Part shown: positions 60,101 to 64,000 of the stretch, in pieces | How positions within the stretch are numbered: the stretch's first letter is position 1 | Layout: each line of letters opens with the position of its first letter | Assembly (NCBI GenBank): GCA_027064425.1 | Contig: JAMOPO010000015.1 | Location: 128,001 to 192,000 of the forward strand | Origin: Methanobacteriota archaeon | Lineage (GTDB): Archaea > JAADCQ01 > Methanopyri > Methanopyrales > Methanopyraceae | Length of the DNA: 64,000 nucleotides | Direction of reading: 5' to 3' | Program-made: the position numbers and the translations under genes | Notes under the pieces: generated by a model | The model's input: the letters and a program-made list of their open reading frames with translations, nothing else | Databases searched by the model: none | Told to the model about the DNA's origin: nothing

Positions 60101-61501
60101 CTAATGTCTTACCGCCTGGCCACCCTGCCGGTGCTCGTGGGCGCTCTCCGCCAGATTTCGGGCGAAGGTCGGGTGCGACGCCGCGTGAACGTGCACGTAG
60201 GTGCCCAGGACGTTGGGCATCCCCCTCGGCTGGATCCCCTCGCGCCCGCTCATGCCCTGCCCACGCAGGATCCTGTAGGCGAAGACGGCGTCCTTTAAGC
60301 TCAGGAGGCGGGAGTAGTGGAACTCGTGACCCTTGAACACCTCCCCTTGCCGGGTGACCGGGGTGTCTCGCACGGCCTCCGCCACGGTGTAGCTGAGCCC
60401 CTGAACGCGCGACGTCATCTCCACCGAGGCGTCCAGGACGCCGACCCACCGGTACCGCTCTCCCCCGTAACGCAGCTCCCTGCACAGGTACATCATGCCG
60501 CCGCACTCGGCGTAGACAGGGGCGCCGGACTCGGCCAGCTCCCGGATCGATTCCCGGCAGGCCTCGGCCTCCTCCAGCTCTCGGGCGAAGAGCTCGGGGT
60601 AGCCTCCACCGAGGTACAGCGCGTCGGCCGAGGGTGGGACCTCCTCGTCCTTGACCGGGCTGAACTCGAGCACCTTGGCCCCGTTCTCTTCGAGCGCCTC
60701 CAGGTTTTCGGGGTAGTAGAAGTTGAACGCCTCGTCCAGCGCCACGGCCACCCGGCAGCGGTGCGGGCTAACCTCCCAGGGCCGCTCTCCCTCCTCGACG
60801 GGCCCGGCTCGGTCGGCGATGTCGAGCAGGAGGTCAAGGTCCAACTGGTCGGCGATCAGCCGGGAGATCTCCTCGAGGCGACGCTCCATCTCCCGCCTGC
60901 GCTCGGGGGTCGGCGTGAGGCCCAGGTGCCGGTACTCAACCTTCATCGTCTCGGTGCGGGGCACGTACCCCAAGACTTCCACGTCCGGGACGTACTTGCG
61001 GAGCGCCCGCCTCGCCTTGCGGTAGTGGAGCTCGGAGCGGACGTTGTTGAGAATGACCCCCTCGATCCGGGCGTTCTCGAGCCGCCGGTAGCCCAGGACC
61101 ACGGCGGCGGCGCTCTTTGTCAGGCTGCGGGTGTCGACGACGAGCACGATCGGCGCGTTGAGGACCTCGGAGACGTGGTAAGTGCTCCCGCGGATCCCGA
61201 CCGCCCCGATCCCCTCGTAGAGCCCGCGGACACCCTCCACGATCGCGAGGTCGGCGTCCCGGGACCGCCGGTTGAAGAGCCAGAGGACGTGTTCCTCGCG
61301 GAACAGGAAGGTGTCAAGGTTCCCGCAGGGCCTGCCCGACGCCAGCCAGTGGTAAGATGGGTCGATGTAGTCGGGCCCGACCTTGAAGGGTTGAACGTCG
61401 AGCCCCTCCTCGGTGAGCGCCCGGATGATCCCGGCCGTGATGAGCGTCTTCCCGCAGGCGCTGGAGGTCCCGGCGACGACTACCCGGGGCGTTGAGGACA
61501 C
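60101..61501 (-). CDS. cfbB: Cobyrinate / Ni-sirohydrochlorin a,c-diamide synthase (CbiA/CfbB family)
   Basis: SACGKT, KVGPDYID, EGVRGLYEG, RHLGL, GGGYPE, AECGG, GHEFHYS; paralog identity not certain. Confidence 0.85.
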   Translation of the reverse strand: MSSTPRVVVAGTSSACGKTLITAGIIRALTEEGLDVQPFKVGPDYIDPSYHWLASGRPCGNLDTFLFREEHVLWLFNRRSRDADLAIVEGVRGLYEGIGAVGIRGSTYHVSEVLNAPIVLVVDTRSLTKSAAAVVLGYRRLENARIEGVILNNVRSELHYRKARRALRKYVPDVEVLGYVPRTETMKVEYRHLGLTPTPERRREMERRLEEISRLIADQLDLDLLLDIADRAGPVEEGERPWEVSPHRCRVAVALDEAFNFYYPENLEALEENGAKVLEFSPVKDEEVPPSADALYLGGGYPELFARELEEAEACRESIRELAESGAPVYAECGGMMYLCRELRYGGERYRWVGVLDASVEMTSRVQGLSYTVAEAVRDTPVTRQGEVFKGHEFHYSRLLSLKDAVFAYRILRGQGMSGREGIQPRGMPNVLGTYVHVHAASHPTFARNLAESAHEHRQGGQAVRH

Positions 61502-61577
61502 CGCGACCGCCCCGGTTAAATTTGATATAGGGGTTCCTCCCCGCGCCGGCGCTCACGGGGGGAGAGCGCTCCTAGCC

Positions 61578-61772
61578 ATGAGGTGCAAGAAGTGCGGGTC
61601 ATCGCGCGTGGTTGAGTGCGAGGACGGGAAGTACACCGTGGTCCGGTGCAGGGATTGCGGCCACGCGGTGGTCCGGAAGCGTGTCGAGCCCGTGGGAACG
61701 ACGCACGACGTCATCAGCCTCGCCATCGCCGCGACGCTGGCGGTCGGCGCCATCGCCTCGGTCCTCGTGTAG
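61578..61772 (+). CDS. Small Zn-ribbon protein with C-terminal TM helix
   Basis: CKKCGS...CRDCG followed by a hydrophobic tail; upstream TTAAATTT. Confidence 0.7.
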   Translation: MRCKKCGSSRVVECEDGKYTVVRCRDCGHAVVRKRVEPVGTTHDVISLAIAATLAVGAIASVLV

Positions 61773-61794
61773 GCGGCCCGCGTGAGTGAGCGTT

Positions 61795-61961
61795 GAGGGG
61801 CGGAGGGAAGAGAGCGGTCATCGGTGGCGCGCAGCGCCTCCTCGCGGGGTCGGTGTCCCGGCCCGGTACGTGCGGTGCTCATCCCAGGAGGGGACGCCTC
61901 CGGGGTCACACCGCCCGCAGCGTACCGCTGTGACCGGGTCGGGGGACGCGCACGCCCCTCC
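61795..61961 (-). ncRNA. H/ACA guide RNA (core 61854-61943) within a larger closed structure
   Basis: Lower stem cccgacccggt/accgggccggg followed by ACA; upper stem gcggtg/caccgc with TGA/ATGA K-turn; AT-rich promoter at about 61970-61990. Confidence 0.7.
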
Positions 61962-61991
61962 GGCCGGCCTTTTTCTCCAATTTATTCCTTC

Positions 61992-63191
61992 CTACCCGAT
62001 CAGGTGCCGGACGTGCTTGATCAGCGAGGGTTTCCTCTTGACCACCTTCTTGGCTACCCTCGCCACCCCCTCGCCGCGAACCAGCTTCAGGATGTCCTCC
62101 TGGTCCAGCGCCTCCGCGAGCGCGTTCAGCTCGTCGTTGCTCATGTTGGAGAGCGCGCGGGACGCCTTCCTCGTCAGCTTGAACATCCTGCCGAACTCCT
62201 CCTCCCAGCGCTCCTGGTACTCCTTCAACCGCTCCGCGGACGGGTCCTCCTCGCTCGCAGCCTCCGCCGCCACCTCGCCCGCGATCCGACCGCACACCAG
62301 GGAGGTGTGGAGCCCGCCACCGGTGATGGGGTTCACCTGCCGGGCCGCGTCCCCCACGACGAGGATCCCGTCGTCGTACGTCCTCCCCAGCGGCCCGCAC
62401 ACCGGCACGCCACCCACGTTCAGCTCGACCGGTTTGGCCCCCTCCAGGACGTCCGAGAGGAGCTCGTGCTCTCGGATGGCCCGGTCGAGCAGCTCCAGGG
62501 CGAGTCCCGGCTCGGCCTCGGAGCCACGGATTCCGAGTCCCACGTTCGCCCGCCCGTCGCCCTTCGGGAAGACCCAGAAGTACCCGCCCGGGAAGGTCTC
62601 GTTGTCGACGAAGAAGTGGGTGGCGTCCTCCTCCACGTCCACACCGACCATCTCGTACTGGGCGCAGGTGCAGAGGTCCTCCGGCTCGAGCGGCGGGACG
62701 AGCCCCGCGCTCCGCCCGACCCGCGACTCGATCCCGTCCGCCGCGATCACCACCTCGGCCCGCACCTCGTGCACGCCCTCCTCGTCCTCGAACTCGACGC
62801 CCACGACCCGTCCCTCCTCCAGGAGGGCTCGCCTGGCGTGAGCCAGAAGCCGGAGCTCGGCCCCCTCGTCGACCGCGCGGGCGGCGAGCCACCGGTCGAA
62901 CAGCTTCCGCTCCAGGATGTACCCGTCCCCGGGCACCTCGAACCGCTCGCCGTTGGGCGCGTAGATTAGCGCCCGGGACACCTCGTTCGCGATCCACTCG
63001 TCCTGCGGCTTGATCCCCGCGTGCTTGAGCCCTCGGGCGCTGATGCCTTCGGCGCACTGCTTGGGCACGCCGATCTCGGCCCGGCGCTCCAGGACCAGAA
63101 CGTCACAGCCCTCCCGCGCGGCCGCCCACGCCGCCATCGACCCGGCCGGACCCGCCCCCACCACGACCACGTCGTAACGCTCCTCCGTCAA
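61992..63191 (-). CDS. Digeranylgeranylglycerophospholipid reductase (GGR family)
   Basis: VGAGPAG, PKQCAEG, PGGYFWVFPKG, GDAARQVNPITGGG. Confidence 0.92.
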   Translation of the reverse strand: MTEERYDVVVVGAGPAGSMAAWAAAREGCDVLVLERRAEIGVPKQCAEGISARGLKHAGIKPQDEWIANEVSRALIYAPNGERFEVPGDGYILERKLFDRWLAARAVDEGAELRLLAHARRALLEEGRVVGVEFEDEEGVHEVRAEVVIAADGIESRVGRSAGLVPPLEPEDLCTCAQYEMVGVDVEEDATHFFVDNETFPGGYFWVFPKGDGRANVGLGIRGSEAEPGLALELLDRAIREHELLSDVLEGAKPVELNVGGVPVCGPLGRTYDDGILVVGDAARQVNPITGGGLHTSLVCGRIAGEVAAEAASEEDPSAERLKEYQERWEEEFGRMFKLTRKASRALSNMSNDELNALAEALDQEDILKLVRGEGVARVAKKVVKRKPSLIKHVRHLIG

Positions 63192-63361
63192 CGCTCCTCC
63201 CCCTCGCGCAGGGCGCCGGTCGGACAGACCCGGGCGCAGAGCCCGCAGTCGTTGCAGTCGGAGGAGAACTCGGGCTTCCCTCCGGAGATCGTAACGGCAT
63301 CGTTCGGGCAGACGGCCGCGCACACGGCGCACCCGAGGCACAGCCTTTGGTCCACGATCAA
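63188..63361 (-). CDS. 2[4Fe-4S] ferredoxin (below ORF-track cutoff)
   Basis: LIVDQRLCLGCAVCAAVCPND...CNDCGLCARVCPTGA; coupled to the GGR gene. Confidence 0.9.
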   Translation of the reverse strand: MIVDQRLCLGCAVCAAVCPNDAVTISGGKPEFSSDCNDCGLCARVCPTGALREGEER

Positions 63362-64000
63362 CCTCGATCACCCTCCTCCAGGAACTCGATCACGTCCAAC
63401 CGCTCGCACTCGGCGCGAACGCCGACCAGCTCCGCCAGGCTGGGTCGCGTCCGACCCTCGTCTCCGGATATTAACTCTTTCACGTACAGCCCGGGATCGC
63501 ACAGGAACTCAACCACCGCCTCGTCGCCCTCGTGCCTGATCAGCCGCGCCTCATGCACCCGCTTGACCCTCACCTTGTCCGCCCGACGGTGTAGCACCCG
63601 CCTCGGAGTGCGCTGGTGGATCTCGCGCTCGGTGAGCTCGTTCAGCGCCTTCCGAACGCGGTCCTCCGAGACCTCACGCTCGAAGACCACCCACGCCCGG
63701 TAGCGCTTAAGCGACCGCTCGGAGAGGTCCTTAACGCGCCGCACGTCCTCGGCCTCGCCGAGCTCCAGGTCCCTGACGCGGACCTTGTTGCCGACCTCCT
63801 TCTCGATCCTCTCCTCCAGCCGCCGTAGGTCCGCGGTCCGGCGCTTCGGGTAGAGGAGCTCGATCACGAACGGGCGCCCGTTGCCCAGCATCCTTACGTC
63901 GATGTCCTCGCGACCCGCCGCGTGGAACTTGTGGTACTCCGCCAGGAACGCGTCCTTGAGCACCATCCCGATCAGCTCCTCCACCGACTCCAGGTACACC
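63358..64000 (-). CDS. pus10: tRNA pseudouridine synthase Pus10 (5'-partial)
   Basis: GREDIDVRMLGNGRPF, QRTPRRV.HRR, GLYVKEL.SGD.GRT.P. Confidence 0.95.
   Translation of the reverse strand, partial: VYLESVEELIGMVLKDAFLAEYHKFHAAGREDIDVRMLGNGRPFVIELLYPKRRTADLRRLEERIEKEVGNKVRVRDLELGEAEDVRRVKDLSERSLKRYRAWVVFEREVSEDRVRKALNELTEREIHQRTPRRVLHRRADKVRVKRVHEARLIRHEGDEAVVEFLCDPGLYVKELISGDEGRTRPSLAELVGVRAECERLDVIEFLEEGDRG

Noticed and set aside
61992-63371. 459-aa GGR ORF with N-terminal extension
   Set aside because: The extension is an off-frame reading of a separate ferredoxin gene (63188-63361); GGR starts at about TTG 63191.

Overview
Very GC-rich, gene-dense archaeal DNA from a hyperthermophilic methanogen, almost certainly Methanopyrus or a close relative. 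Evidence: two tRNA genes with genomic C8, which implies CDAT8-type C-to-U editing; many TTG/GTG starts; an acidic proteome; cfbE, cfbB-like, mfnB and frhD-like genes. Most of the window is housekeeping: rpoK-rps2, PolD DP1, rps15, infB, rpl7ae, ilvD/ilvE, guaB, topA, argB/argD/dapA/aroK, and the rnp4-rps19e-rpl39e-rpl31e-eIF6-LX-pfdA-ftsY-srp54 operon. There are three tRNAs (Gly-GCC, intron-containing Phe-GAA, Pro-TGG), about eight C/D box guide RNAs and two H/ACA-like RNAs that the ORF track does not show. The most unusual signals are: (1) a 27-bp AT-rich palindrome (consensus GAATCGTTAYGAG-N-CTCRTAACGATTC) in 5 copies, each just downstream of a tRNA or ribosomal-protein gene; (2) in the same tRNA cluster, a free-standing intein-derived protein with four LAGLIDADG motifs and no splicing residues, and a tyrosine-recombinase-fold protein lacking its catalytic residues, both candidate domesticated DNA binders; (3) a sharp, orientation-independent flip from C-rich to G-rich on the + strand near 55.8 kb. 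No CRISPR array, rRNA or intact mobile element was seen. All calls were made by eye, without database searches.
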